A DNA stretch of 64,000 bases from Trueperaceae bacterium (GCA_965213925.1 OZ243927.1:4000001-4064000), one strand, 5' to 3'; shown: positions 50,340-60,388, counted from the first letter of the stretch. Notes: generated by a model from the letters alone, not told the origin. Made by a program: numbers and translations.

Positions 50340-50706
50340 GACCCACCCCCACGATATGAATTTGCACCCTCGAGACCTCGACCCCCGCGAACGTCCCCGC
50401 CGCGTAAAACACGCGCTCGCGCACCGATTCGGCAACCGCCGGGATGTTGACGCCGTACGCCACCACGAGATAGAGCGTCACCGTCGTCTCTTCGCCTCTC
50501 GTAACCTCGACGCCCTCGTCCACTTGCTGCGCTCCCAGAATGCGCCTTACCCCCTCGCGAAAGTTCGCGGGCGACATCCCCACGACACCCGGCACCTCGT
50601 GGGCGGCGAGCCCGATAATCGTCGAGAGCGCCTCGTCGGTGACGATGACGCGGTCTTTCGCTCCAAGGTCATCCGGCGCGGCGCGCGTATCCAATGTGTT
50701 TGCCAT
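50326..50706 (-). CDS. Asp23/Gls24 family protein (YloU-like)
   Basis: IIGLAAHEVPGVVGM...YGVNIP.VA; canonical neighbour of DAK2. Confidence 0.88.
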   Translation of the reverse strand: MANTLDTRAAPDDLGAKDRVIVTDEALSTIIGLAAHEVPGVVGMSPANFREGVRRILGAQQVDEGVEVTRGEETTVTLYLVVAYGVNIPAVAESVRERVFYAAGTFAGVEVSRVQIHIVGVGRGER

Positions 50707-50859
50707 GCTCTAAGCTCCTTTGCTCGTCCGTAAGCGCCTGTTTGCGCCCCTCTAAGCTTCTTAAAGCTCTATCCTACCGCAAACACACCGGACTCAACAG
50801 CGCGAGCACGTTTCTAAGTCTTCATAGACAAACAGCCTTCATAGACAACCACCAAATAC

Positions 50860-51189
50860 TCAATCGTCGCCCGACCACAGCTCGAGTTCCACGCTGCTCT
50901 CAGCCACGCGGTAGACGCCGTGCGCCGCGACAAAGTCACCGACTTTACCGAGCATCCCCTCCAACCACACCGGGTCAGCGCTGATCGCCGTCGCCCCGAC
51001 TAGTTCCCAGTCGTGCGCGTCAAGCCCGCCGAGCCGCGCCACCGACACAGGAAAACGCACCTTGAGCTTTTCGGTGACGGGCTTGATGAGTGAGCGCTTC
51101 TCCTTGAGGCTACCTACCCAGGGCATCTCGAGGCGAGCCAAGTAAACGCCGACGTACACATTAGTCGCTGAACCTAAGTCAGATGCCAT
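50860..51189 (-). CDS. DUF503 family protein
   Basis: SLKEKR...K.RF.VSVA. Confidence 0.85.
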   Translation of the reverse strand: MASDLGSATNVYVGVYLARLEMPWVGSLKEKRSLIKPVTEKLKVRFPVSVARLGGLDAHDWELVGATAISADPVWLEGMLGKVGDFVAAHGVYRVAESSVELELWSGDD

Positions 51190-51218
51190 CCTTCGATTCT
51201 AACGCTCAGAGATTCGCC

Positions 51219-51425
51219 CTACTCCATCCCCGCTGAGAAACCGACCCTCCGTAGCGCCCGGATTAAGTCCGTAATCGTGCTGTCCGCCGGGTCATACTCT
51301 ACGGCGGCTTGTCCGCGCGACGCCTCGACCTTCTGCACGCCCTCGACAGAAAGTAAGGTTTCTTTGACTTTACCTGCGTCGCCCTCGTTGTCCATACCGC
51401 GTATACCTAATAGAACTCTCGCCAT
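51219..51425 (-). CDS. HMA (CopZ-like) domain protein lacking CxxC
   Basis: IRGM.....KV...L..VEGV..V......A.VEYDP......LI..L...GF. Confidence 0.75.
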   Translation of the reverse strand: MARVLLGIRGMDNEGDAGKVKETLLSVEGVQKVEASRGQAAVEYDPADSTITDLIRALRRVGFSAGME

Positions 51426-51444
51426 GCTCTCCCCTTTTAGGCTA

Positions 51445-51521
51445 GCTAGATTTCATCTGGTCAGTGACGCTCTCACATCTGAGAACATCGCTCAGCACGC
51501 ACGTTTAGTGATGATATCTGC
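51445..51521. mobile_element. 77-bp miniature inverted-repeat element, copy 2 (inverted, more diverged)
   Basis: Reverse complement GCAGATATCATC...GAGCGTCACTGACCAGATGAAATCTAGC. Confidence 0.6.
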
Positions 51522-51559
51522 GTGATACAAACTCAGTAACTTCAACCTTACATCCACTT

Positions 51560-52009
51560 CTAGGAGTTTTGTCCCCTCGAGCCCAGAATTCTCGAGAAGC
51601 TCACCACTTCTACTTCCGAGTATCCCTTGTCAGAAAGCGCTCTTATGCCAGATTTATCACCTTTGGGGAGGTGCACCTGCAAATCGTAAACGGCAGCGTC
51701 GTACGCACTCTTAGTCACGGCTTCGATCAACGCCAAGCGCGACTCACTATCATCCAGGTCAGCGACTGCCAAACGGTTCAAGTAAACTGTCGGGCGCGTG
51801 CCGTTCCAGATGGACTGAGCGAAAGCGAAACCCGTCACCTCACCCTCTTTCACGGCGACAAAGGCGTGACCCGTGCGCGTGTAAAAGTTGAGCGAGGAGC
51901 GCGTCATGATGGGCTCTAAGCCGAAGTGCTGGGCGTAAAACTGGTCAATAGGCTCTAACTCGTCCTCGTCATCTTGTGAGAGCGCCCGCGCAAAGGTTAA
52001 GCGTGCCAT
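51560..52009 (-). CDS. DUF1999-like GNAT-fold protein
   Basis: SLNFYTRTGHAFVA, QSIWNG.RPTV, VTKSAYDAAVY. Confidence 0.75.
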   Translation of the reverse strand: MARLTFARALSQDDEDELEPIDQFYAQHFGLEPIMTRSSLNFYTRTGHAFVAVKEGEVTGFAFAQSIWNGTRPTVYLNRLAVADLDDSESRLALIEAVTKSAYDAAVYDLQVHLPKGDKSGIRALSDKGYSEVEVVSFSRILGSRGQNS

Positions 52010-52010
52010 A

Positions 52011-52475
52011 TTAAAGGCTCCACGCGCCCGACTTTCCACCCGTTTTACTCAAGAGTTTAGTTTCGCGGATGACGATACCTTTGCTCGAGGCTTTGAGCAT
52101 GTCGTAAAGCGTCAGCGCCGCGATGCTCGCCGCCGTAAGCGCCTCCATCTCGACACCCGTTTTGCCCGTGACGCGGCAGGTCGCGGTGAAATGCACCTGA
52201 GCCTTCTCCGCGTCCACCTCTCCTACAACGGAGACTTTGGTGAGAGGTAAAGGGTGACAGAGCGGAATGAGGTCAGCGGTGCGCTTTGCGCCCATGATGC
52301 CCGCGAGTTCGGCCACGGCGACCGCGTCCCCTTTGCCGACGCCGCCCGCTTGAAGTGCTCTAAGGGCGGCGTCAGGCAGCTCGAGCGTCGAAACCGCCAC
52401 CGCCTCCCGGAGCGTTTCACCTTTGGTTGATACATCCACCATGACGGCCTTGCCGCCTTCGAAATGCGTTGACAT
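52011..52475 (-). CDS. moaC: cyclic pyranopterin monophosphate synthase
   Basis: MVDVSTK, KGD, LIPLCHPL, TGVEMEAL, YDMLK, KTGGKSG. Confidence 0.95.
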   Translation of the reverse strand: MSTHFEGGKAVMVDVSTKGETLREAVAVSTLELPDAALRALQAGGVGKGDAVAVAELAGIMGAKRTADLIPLCHPLPLTKVSVVGEVDAEKAQVHFTATCRVTGKTGVEMEALTAASIAALTLYDMLKASSKGIVIRETKLLSKTGGKSGAWSL

Positions 52476-52532
52476 AAGGGTAGTATATGAAACTTGTGAA
52501 GATTGCCGCGTTCTGTCGTCTATAATGGAAGT

Positions 52533-52785
52533 ATGGACACGCCTCTTCAAGCACCTGAAGGCTATTCTAAGCAACTTCAGCATTTACTTTCTGATACGCC
52601 TCGAGTGGCGCGAGAGCGACCTACCCCGTATTCAGGAATTGATGCGCACCTACGCCGACTTACCTCTCGGTTTTGCCGATGCAGCCGTCATCACATTAGC
52701 CGAAAGCGTGGGCAGGGTGGCTATAACCGATAGAAGACACTTCAATGTTGTCAGGACGAAGAAGGCGCTCGAGCTTCTTCCCTAA
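52533..52785 (+). pseudogene. chimeric remnant: unidentified N-terminus plus C-terminal half of a VapC/PIN toxin
   Basis: From about 52600: LEWRESDLPRIQELMRTYADLPLGFADAAVITLAE...TDRRHFNVVR...LELLP (PIN C-half), out of frame with the leaderless ATG 52533. Confidence 0.75.
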
Positions 52786-52825
52786 CTTCGCCCTCAAAAT
52801 TCTCGAAAAGGGTATAACGTCATGC

Positions 52826-53572
52826 GTGAAAGACTTGAGCGAATACACCTCCGGCGCAGACTACGACGCGCAGTACGGGAACCTGTACAAAAGCGAAATC
52901 GGTTACTTGAAGAGGCTAGCGCTAGAGCAAGGCGGCGCGATTTTAGATGTGGGCTGCGGTACGGGCATTGTCACGGTTCCCCTTGCAGAGACGGGATTAG
53001 AGACCGTCGGTATAGACCTCACTGAAGCGATGTTAGAGCGTGCTAAAGGGAAAGCGAGAGGTAAGAACAACCTCTTGTTTTGTCGTGTGAACGCGCTCGA
53101 GTTCGAGTTAGACACGCGCTTCGCTTTAGCCATCATGACGGGCAACGCCTTTCAGCAGTTTTTGAGCGAGAAAGAGATTCGGACCTTACTGGCCAATATC
53201 CACAATCATCTTCAACAAGGTGGTCTCTTGGTCTTCGACACGCGGCTGCCTAAAGGCTATGACCTCTCTTTAGACAAGGACTTCCGCTTCTACCAGACTT
53301 ACATAGATTTGGCTGGACAGAACGTTCGCTACTTCGACAAACAGGTTCGCTATAACGCGGATACCGGACTTCTCTATTTTGAGATGAAGCGGGAGTATGC
53401 GAGCGGGAGGGAGAGGCGCTCGAGCGAGACCATCAAGTTCACCCCTCTTGAAACCCTCCTCACCCTCATTCAAGAAAGCGGTTTCGAGGTTATGGACGTT
53501 TACAGAAACTGGGAGCTAGAACCTTTTGAAACAGGCGCGGCGAACGGCGTCTTCAAAGTTCGCAAAGCTTAG
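52826..53572 (+). CDS. class I SAM-dependent methyltransferase
   Basis: ILDVGCGTG, GID....ML, HL..GG.LVFD. Confidence 0.9.
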   Translation: MKDLSEYTSGADYDAQYGNLYKSEIGYLKRLALEQGGAILDVGCGTGIVTVPLAETGLETVGIDLTEAMLERAKGKARGKNNLLFCRVNALEFELDTRFALAIMTGNAFQQFLSEKEIRTLLANIHNHLQQGGLLVFDTRLPKGYDLSLDKDFRFYQTYIDLAGQNVRYFDKQVRYNADTGLLYFEMKREYASGRERRSSETIKFTPLETLLTLIQESGFEVMDVYRNWELEPFETGAANGVFKVRKA

Positions 53573-53713
53573 GTGCGCCTTACGGGTTGCCGCGTCCGCT
53601 CGGAGATGTCCCAATATAATGGTGAAGCTTCACCGAACTCGGGTCAAACCGCGCCCCCGTTTCGGGGCTGATACACTCACTAAACGACTGCAGACGTTAC
53701 TCATGGAGGACCT

Positions 53714-54763
53714 ATGGACCTACCCGTCGACGCTTCGGACACGCCTTCGCTCGAGCAAAACTTAACCCACGTGCGCCGCCAAAACAAGCAAATTGAGCAT
53801 TCCATGCGCGGCTTCGACCCGCAGTACGAAGACATCGTGGACTACATCTTGCGCATCACCCACCGCATCTGGGAAGAGGGCGACATGGGGCACATCTACG
53901 ACACGTATTTGGGCACCGTGGCGATGCACACGGGCTACGGCACCGCGTACGGCGTCGAAGAGGTCGTGAGCGGCTCCACCGCCTCTGCCGCCGCCATCCC
54001 CAACCGCCGCTTGTACGCCAAAGACGTCCTCTGGACAGGCGACGACGAGCGCGGCTTTCACACCTCGCACCTCTTAGTGAGCACGGGGACGAATACGGGC
54101 TATAGCCCCTGGGGACCCCCGACGGGGCGGCGCACCGAGTTCTTAGCCATCGCCAACTGCTTTGTGAGGGAAAACCTCGTGGTCGAGGAGTGGCTCGTGC
54201 GCGACACCGCCGCGATGGTGCGGCAGCTCGGCTTCGACCTCTGGGAGGTTGCACGGGACGCGGCGGCGGTTCGGCCCATGAGCGTGACGGGTGAGACAGA
54301 CCGCTTGCAAGGGCAGTACCCGCCTGCGGCGTATCAACCGCAGAGCGGAGACCCGCACGAGGAATTCGCCAGGCAGCTCTTTCACGACGTTTGGAATTCG
54401 AGGCACTTCAACCGGATAACAGAATGCTATGCGGGAAACTCGAGCCTCCACGTCCCGCATCACCTCACCCTGCGCGGCGTCGCTAACATTCGGGCGTATC
54501 ACCTGAACTTTATGGCGATGTTTCCCGACGCGCACATGAGCGTGGAGCACGTTTACGGCTTGGAGAGTGAGGAGGGCGGCTACCGCGCCGCCGTGCGTTG
54601 GCGCTTTTCGGGTACGCACGCCCGCTACGGGTGGTACGGCAAGCCGACGGATAAGCGCGTCAATATCTTAGGGGTGAGCCACGTGCATATCAAAGACGAG
54701 AAGGTGAAAGAGCACACCATGGTGTTTGATGATTTGGCGGTGGTGATGCAGCTAGTGGGTTAG
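53714..54763 (+). CDS. tandem SnoaL-like/NTF2 (ester cyclase) domain protein
   Basis: YILRITHRIWEE, EEWLVRD, FPDA, RWRFSGTH, FDDLA; GGAGG RBS. Confidence 0.8.
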   Translation: MDLPVDASDTPSLEQNLTHVRRQNKQIEHSMRGFDPQYEDIVDYILRITHRIWEEGDMGHIYDTYLGTVAMHTGYGTAYGVEEVVSGSTASAAAIPNRRLYAKDVLWTGDDERGFHTSHLLVSTGTNTGYSPWGPPTGRRTEFLAIANCFVRENLVVEEWLVRDTAAMVRQLGFDLWEVARDAAAVRPMSVTGETDRLQGQYPPAAYQPQSGDPHEEFARQLFHDVWNSRHFNRITECYAGNSSLHVPHHLTLRGVANIRAYHLNFMAMFPDAHMSVEHVYGLESEEGGYRAAVRWRFSGTHARYGWYGKPTDKRVNILGVSHVHIKDEKVKEHTMVFDDLAVVMQLVG

Positions 54764-55527
54764 AGGACTCGAGCCTCCCACGCCTCGTACCCCGCCTCCG
54801 CAAAGTAAAGCCCGTGCGGTGGTACGTTCGGTCCTGCTCTTTTGCGATCTCTACTCTCTAAAATCGACGTGATGTCGTGAGGTTTGAGCTTTCCCTCGCC
54901 GACATAAAGAAGTGTGCCGACTACCGTGCGCACCATGTTGCGCAAGAATCCGTCGGCGGCGATGTGCAAAGTGAGGTCACGTTCCTCTATGTCCAAACGG
55001 CAGAGGTAGACCGTCCGCACCGTCCCCCTCGTCTCCTGCGTTGCTAAGGCGGTGAAGTCCCGCGTCCCCTCAAAGTAAGAGGTCGCTTTTTGCATCGCCT
55101 CGACCTCGAGCCTCTGCGACAAGAAGAGGACGCGGTGGCGGTCTAAAGCGGTTCTCTCAAACGACCCTCTCGTCAGACGCATCCGGTAGAGGTAGCGGCG
55201 GTAGCGGCAGCTAAATTGACTCTCAAAATCCAGTCCGACCTCTTCGGCGCACAGCACGCGCACATCGTTGGGAAGCCTCGAGTTGAGCGCCTTGGCGACC
55301 TTTTCAGTAGGGATCAAATCTTCCGTATCATAGTGCGCGACCATCGCCAGCGCGTGCACGCCCGCGTCGGTGCGCCCCGCGCCCATAACCCGAGGGCGTG
55401 CGCCGGGGATGTCGGCTAGGGCAGTCTCTAAAACGCCCTGCACAGTCCTCTCCCCCGTCTTCGCCTGCACCTGCCAGCCATGAAAGTGCGTCCCGTCAAA
55501 CTCTAAGGTGAGCTTGATGCGCCTCAC
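54760..55527 (-). CDS. truA: tRNA pseudouridine(38-40) synthase
   Basis: FDGTHFHGWQ, AGRTDAGVHA, FLRNMVR, PPHGL; start GTG 55527. Confidence 0.95.
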   Translation of the reverse strand: MRRIKLTLEFDGTHFHGWQVQAKTGERTVQGVLETALADIPGARPRVMGAGRTDAGVHALAMVAHYDTEDLIPTEKVAKALNSRLPNDVRVLCAEEVGLDFESQFSCRYRRYLYRMRLTRGSFERTALDRHRVLFLSQRLEVEAMQKATSYFEGTRDFTALATQETRGTVRTVYLCRLDIEERDLTLHIAADGFLRNMVRTVVGTLLYVGEGKLKPHDITSILESRDRKRAGPNVPPHGLYFAEAGYEAWEARVL

Positions 55528-56402
55528 GTGGTTGATTTTGAAGGTTGTGCTGGCGTAAGGCGGGTCTGCTGAGCGAGCCAGGGCGTCAAAGCGAGACCTG
55601 TATAGCCGATAAGGAAGTAGCGTACAAAACCGACTAATGAGTCGCGTTTGACCTCTTCGGGCAGGAGGAGGCTCGAGCCAAACAGCGCCGCAAACACGAG
55701 CACGAATCCCAAAAGTGTAATGAGAACCCGCCGCCACACGCTTCCCTCAACCCGGTAAGGGACGAGCAGCGGCGCGGTGGCAAAGGCAGCCAGCCCGCCC
55801 ATCAAGACTTCAGAATCGGGCGTGGGTAAGAAGAGGTGTAGGGCAAGAGGTAGGAGCAGACCGAGGGCGAAGAGAATCCCCTTAGAGGGCAGCGTGACCT
55901 TTTCCAACCAGCGGTCAAGCGCAAGAAAAAGACCTATCAAGACCACTCCGATGACGAGCCCACCGACAATATCAATCGGCACGTGCACCCCTAGATAAAC
56001 GCGGCTCAGCGAGATTGTGAGAACGAGGAATACGGCGAGGACCCAGAACCACGCTTTTTGGAAGGAGGCGGCGACGTAGCCCCAAAAGGTCAGACTCCCC
56101 TGGGCGTGTCCACTCGGGAAACCGGGACCCGCGCCCGTCTCTACCGCCGCCTGACTCCGCGCTAAGTTCGGGTCAAGTTCGTAAGGACGCGGCGTGTCGA
56201 TGAGTCCCTTGAGGTGAAAGTTGAGGTAGAGGCTCACGAGCAAGTAAATCGCAACGCGCTGACCCAAACGCGAATCGAACGCTAAATACGTCACCAGCAA
56301 AAAGGCGATGTAGGCGAGTTCTGAGCCCAAGTCGGTGATGACGAGCATCAGCGCATCTAAGGTGGGTGAGGCGAACTGTTGTAGCCAGAGGATGGTGTCC
56401 AT
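55524..56402 (-). CDS. PAP2 family membrane phosphatase
   Basis: K......RP, FPSGH, SRVYLGVH...D. Confidence 0.9.
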   Translation of the reverse strand: MDTILWLQQFASPTLDALMLVITDLGSELAYIAFLLVTYLAFDSRLGQRVAIYLLVSLYLNFHLKGLIDTPRPYELDPNLARSQAAVETGAGPGFPSGHAQGSLTFWGYVAASFQKAWFWVLAVFLVLTISLSRVYLGVHVPIDIVGGLVIGVVLIGLFLALDRWLEKVTLPSKGILFALGLLLPLALHLFLPTPDSEVLMGGLAAFATAPLLVPYRVEGSVWRRVLITLLGFVLVFAALFGSSLLLPEEVKRDSLVGFVRYFLIGYTGLALTPWLAQQTRLTPAQPSKSTT

Positions 56403-56495
56403 CGTTCTCCTATTCTCTGGTTACAGTCTAGCAAGCTATGAAAGTACAAGTTCTGACGCAGCACAGTCTCTACGTACGATAGGATTTTCGGTACG

Positions 56496-56939
56496 ATGAT
56501 CGAGGTTGCAGAACGTGATTTTCGCCCTATAGAACAGTTCGGACTCAGGTGGCGCTGGACTGATACTCAACGCGCCCAAATCCGGCCTCTTAGTACGGCA
56601 AAGGCGAGCGAACTATCTAAACGTACGGTCAGTTGGGTTGAAGGTAGCTCATTGACTCAAAAACTCTTCAAGGACCTTTCGCATCTTGACGCGGATAAAA
56701 CAACCCCCAGCGCTGTGAAGTCGTGGCTCCAGCAGAAAGATGTTGCGCTTGAAGAGCCAATCGTCGTTTTATGGGGAGAACAGTTGGCGGTGTCTACCTG
56801 CTGGACTGTGTTTTGCAACTATTGGGATGACTTTTGTTATCCAGTCTCTGATGACGTTCTAGTTTTTCCTACATCCGAATATTGGGCGCTCTTCTACCAT
56901 CACGAAGAAAAGCTCTGTTTCGGCGTTAGAGCGACCTAA
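56496..56939 (+). CDS. hypothetical protein (DUF2947-like)
   Basis: WRWT..IRPL...W.VF..YWDDFCYP. Confidence 0.6.
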   Translation: MIEVAERDFRPIEQFGLRWRWTDTQRAQIRPLSTAKASELSKRTVSWVEGSSLTQKLFKDLSHLDADKTTPSAVKSWLQQKDVALEEPIVVLWGEQLAVSTCWTVFCNYWDDFCYPVSDDVLVFPTSEYWALFYHHEEKLCFGVRAT

Positions 56940-56946
56940 TTCGTTT

Positions 56947-57333
56947 TCAAGCGCGGTTGAGATGCGTATCCTTAAAACCACTCGAGTACTTGAGCCCATA
57001 CCCAATCATCCGGTCCATACCGATATGCGCAAACCAGATGAGCGCGGCGCTTACCGCAAGAGGTTGAGCCGCGAAAAAGCCGAACGCGAGTAAGGCAGCG
57101 GGAAGCGGCGTGCTGTGAAAGAGGTTGTAAACGTGCGCCCCCGACCTCTTACCAAAAAGATAGCCGAGCATCGCCACGTCGGGTGTGAGGAGAAGCAGTG
57201 CGAACAAAAGCCAATGTCCGCCGAGCACGAAGTAGGCAACTGCGCTGCCGAGCATGAGGGTTACGCCCTCGAGCCTCAGCCACACGCCCGGCGCTGAGAG
57301 ATGAGCCTGAACTGAAGGTGCCGAAGGGGTCAT
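56947..57333 (-). CDS. DUF4260 family membrane protein
   Basis: LRLEG, PD..M.GY, YN.FH, HIGMDRMIGYGLKY..GFKDTHL. Confidence 0.85.
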   Translation of the reverse strand: MTPSAPSVQAHLSAPGVWLRLEGVTLMLGSAVAYFVLGGHWLLFALLLLTPDVAMLGYLFGKRSGAHVYNLFHSTPLPAALLAFGFFAAQPLAVSAALIWFAHIGMDRMIGYGLKYSSGFKDTHLNRA

Positions 57334-57428
57334 ACTTAACCTCTTTTTCTTAAGACTAACGCTGTTTGTTTTCATACCAAACACTGTACACCTTGCTCAA
57401 TCTCTTGTCAAGACGTACGCTGTTGGGT

Positions 57429-57989
57429 ATGCCCTATCCTGCGAAGACGAATCGAGATGAAATTTTAGAGGCTGCGCTGACGCTGCTCGAGTCGGACGGA
57501 CTCACTACGCTTTCCATGCGGAATTTAGCTGCAAAACTTGGGGTGAACGCCTCGAGCCTCTACCATCACTTCTCCGGTAAAGAGGTTTTAGAAAAGGTGC
57601 TCGCGGACGAGGGAGCGCGGCTTCTTTTAGAGAGGTTGAAAGCGGCAACTCAGAATCAATCCGCCCAAGAAGCGTTGAAAACGACTGCAAAAACGTATCT
57701 CGCTTTTGCAAACGAACGCCCCGCCCTCTACGACCTCATGATAGCTCCGCGTCCACCCGAAAAAGCCGAAGCGGGCGCGGGCAAAGACCTCTGGAATTTT
57801 GTATTGGCTCGAGTTGGAGAGGTAACGAAGCGGGAGGATGACACCGCCGCCGCCGTCGCTTTTTGGTCTTTTTTGCATGGATTCGTCTCTTTAGGGCGTT
57901 CGGGGCTGTTTGGACTAAGTGGAGCACAGGGGGGTTTAGAGGCTGGGCTGGGGGCGTTTCTTATCGGACTCCCCAAAGTCGAACGCTGA
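57429..57989 (+). CDS. TetR family transcriptional regulator
   Basis: LSMRNLAAKLGVNASSLYHHFSGKE; WSFLHG; divergent from the DUF4260 gene. Confidence 0.92.
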   Translation: MPYPAKTNRDEILEAALTLLESDGLTTLSMRNLAAKLGVNASSLYHHFSGKEVLEKVLADEGARLLLERLKAATQNQSAQEALKTTAKTYLAFANERPALYDLMIAPRPPEKAEAGAGKDLWNFVLARVGEVTKREDDTAAAVAFWSFLHGFVSLGRSGLFGLSGAQGGLEAGLGAFLIGLPKVER

Positions 57990-58141
57990 AAGATTTCTCC
58001 TGACTAGCTGAATTGCTGACAGGCTGAAATCCAGCCAAGCTAATGTACATTAGTCTTTGCGAAGCAAACGAACGGTGCTGACCTCCTTTTCCCGTAAGCC
58101 ACATTCTTTTACCCCAACCTCTTCCGTGCCACCATAGACTC

Positions 58142-59443
58142 ATGAACACCTCTACCTCCCGAACGCTCTTCGAACGCGCTTCTCTGCTCATCCCCGGCGG
58201 CGTCAATTCTCCAGTCCGCGCCTTTGGCTCGGTGGGCGGCACACCGCGCTTTATAGAGTCCGCCAAGGGCACGCGCCTCTTCGACGCCGACGGCAACGAA
58301 TATATCGACGCCATCGGCTCGTGGGGACCGATGATCTTGGGTCACGCGCATCCGAGAGTTCTGGACGCCATCCAGCAAGCCTCTGTAGACGGCTTGAGCT
58401 TCGGCGCACCGACTGAGCGCGAAATCAAACTCGCTGAACTGGTCTTAGACCGTTACGAAAGTTGCGAGCGCATCCGCTTCGTGAATTCAGGGACCGAAGC
58501 GACGATGAGCGCCCTTAGAGTGGCGAGAGGTGCGACAGGGCGCGACTACATCGTGAAGTTTGCGGGCAACTATCACGGTCACGCCGACGCGCTCTTAGTC
58601 GCGGCAGGCTCCGGCGCGATGACGACGGGCGTACCCTCTTCGGCGGGCGTGCCAGCGGACACCGCTAAGACCACGCTCGTCGCGCAGTACAACAACTTGG
58701 ACTCGGTACGTGAACTGTTTGAAGCGAAACCGGATGAGATTGCGGCGGTGATTCTCGAGCCCGTCGTCGGCAACATGGGCGTTGTCATCCCAACCCAAGA
58801 GTTTCTACAAGGCTTGCGCGACCTCACGAATGAATACGGCGCACTCCTCATTGTAGATGAAGTGATGACCGGCTTCCGCTTAGCACCCGGCGGCGCAACC
58901 GAACGCTTGGGTATTGACGCGGACCTCATCTGCTGGGGCAAGATTATTGGTGGCGGCTTGCCTGTGGGCGCGTACGGCGGCAAAGCCTCCGTCATGGACA
59001 ACGTCTCGCCACTCGGCAAGGTCTACCAGGCAGGGACGCTCTCGGGCAACCCCTTAGCGATGGCGGCAGGCATCGCCACCTTCGAAGCGATGAACGAGAC
59101 GCCCGACCTCTACGACGTGTTGGAGGCGCGGACCGCTCAGTTAGAAGAAGGTCTCCGAGAAGGCGCGAACGAGGCAGGGCTCACGACGACCATTAACCGC
59201 ATCGGCTCGATGATTACAGTTTTCTTCACTGACCAGGAGGTCACGGACTTTGAAAGCGCCAGCACCACCGACACCGACCTCTTCAGGCGCTGGTTTCACG
59301 GGCTGCTCTCGAGGGGTATTTACTGGCCCGCCAGCAACTACGAAGCGGCGTTTCTCTCCTACGCGCATACGGAAGAGGATATTGCGCGGATGGTGGAGGC
59401 GGGGCGGGAGTCATTTGTGGACTTGCGAGAGGTTACAGCGTAA
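58142..59443 (+). CDS. hemL: glutamate-1-semialdehyde 2,1-aminomutase
   Basis: PGGVNSPVRAF, NSGTEATM, DEVMTGFR, GKIIGGG, YQAGTLSGNP. Confidence 0.97.
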   Translation: MNTSTSRTLFERASLLIPGGVNSPVRAFGSVGGTPRFIESAKGTRLFDADGNEYIDAIGSWGPMILGHAHPRVLDAIQQASVDGLSFGAPTEREIKLAELVLDRYESCERIRFVNSGTEATMSALRVARGATGRDYIVKFAGNYHGHADALLVAAGSGAMTTGVPSSAGVPADTAKTTLVAQYNNLDSVRELFEAKPDEIAAVILEPVVGNMGVVIPTQEFLQGLRDLTNEYGALLIVDEVMTGFRLAPGGATERLGIDADLICWGKIIGGGLPVGAYGGKASVMDNVSPLGKVYQAGTLSGNPLAMAAGIATFEAMNETPDLYDVLEARTAQLEEGLREGANEAGLTTTINRIGSMITVFFTDQEVTDFESASTTDTDLFRRWFHGLLSRGIYWPASNYEAAFLSYAHTEEDIARMVEAGRESFVDLREVTA

Positions 59444-59511
59444 GCAAAAATGCGCGATTTTGGTAAGCAAAAAATTCATTTGGAACATTTACACTCGTTA
59501 TAATCAGAATT

Positions 59512-60037
59512 GTGAAACGCACAAAGCGTAAAAGTAAAGAGGTTCAGCACCCCTCTGATATAGACTCTTCGCCTGTAGATGTAAGGAAGTATGGCATTGG
59601 AGATTTATTGAAATTACCAATGCGATTCACCATACCCTCTGCATCTCTTGTACTTTCTGCTATTACCTCCTTTGGGATAGCCATGTTTACAGCAGGTTTT
59701 TTTAGTGAATGAACATGGTCTTAGTTTACCCAATCACATGCAAACGAGCTTAGTAGGAAACGTTGAGGAAGTAAGCGCTAACCAAGATGATTTGTTAGAA
59801 AGATTGATGACTGACTACACTAATTCAGACTATATCGGCATTGATTTGCGTAAACAGATTTTGTGCGATAAAGCCTACATGGAGCTTTACAATCAAAAGA
59901 AGACTTCTTTAGACAGAATTGCAGCACTAGCTCGAGAGTCTGGGAGAGAGGAAATTCTGTACAGCTTTGTGAATCCGCAACGTCCCATGATGATCAACTC
60001 AACTTCAGATTGCTCCAGTCCTAATCTTGTGAATTGA
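59512..60037 (+). pseudogene. low-GC hypothetical membrane-anchored gene split at a T7 run (or two small ORFs)
   Basis: ORFs 59512-59712 and 59705-60037 fuse if one T of 59697-59703 is removed; TATAAT 7 nt before GTG. Confidence 0.5.
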
Positions 60038-60046
60038 GTCTGTAGA

Positions 60047-60272
60047 ATGAACTACCAAGACATCATCACCCTCGAGCCCGGCAAGCATAGCGGAAAACCC
60101 TGTATCAGAGGGATGCGCATCACGGTTTATGACGTGCTTGGAGTTTTTAGCTTCAGACATGACGCACGCAGAAATCTTAGAGGACTTTCTGTACCTCACC
60201 GAAGAGGATATTTTAGCGTGCCTCAGCTACGCTGCCGATAGGGAGAAGCGTCTCGTCATCCTACGGGCGTGA
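60047..60272 (+). pseudogene. DUF433 family antitoxin, frameshifted
   Basis: MNYQDIITLEPGKHSGKPCIRGMRITVYDVL then shifted frame EFLASDMTHAEILEDF..LTEEDILACLSYAADRE; extra G near 60140. Confidence 0.85.
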
Positions 60273-60284
60273 TGTTACCCCATA

Positions 60285-60388
60285 TGTCATTCTGAATGAA
60301 GCGCTAGCGTAATGAAGAATCTCTGCCCTTGCTGACTCCTCTGACCGAGATTGAAAGGCGAGACCCCTCGACTTCGCTCGGGGTGACA
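60285..60388. repeat. TGTCA...TGACA palindromic repeat element, copy 2
   Basis: TGTCATTCTGAA...AAGAATCTCTGC...CGAGACCC...TTCGCTCGGGGTGACA. Confidence 0.75.

Noticed and set aside
53621..53690. Fluoride-riboswitch-like pieces (GGTGA..TTCACC, AAACCGC, GCTGAT) upstream of the SnoaL gene
   Set aside because: The P1 loop and pseudoknot partner are missing and the gene context is atypical; it may be another structured leader but I cannot support a call.
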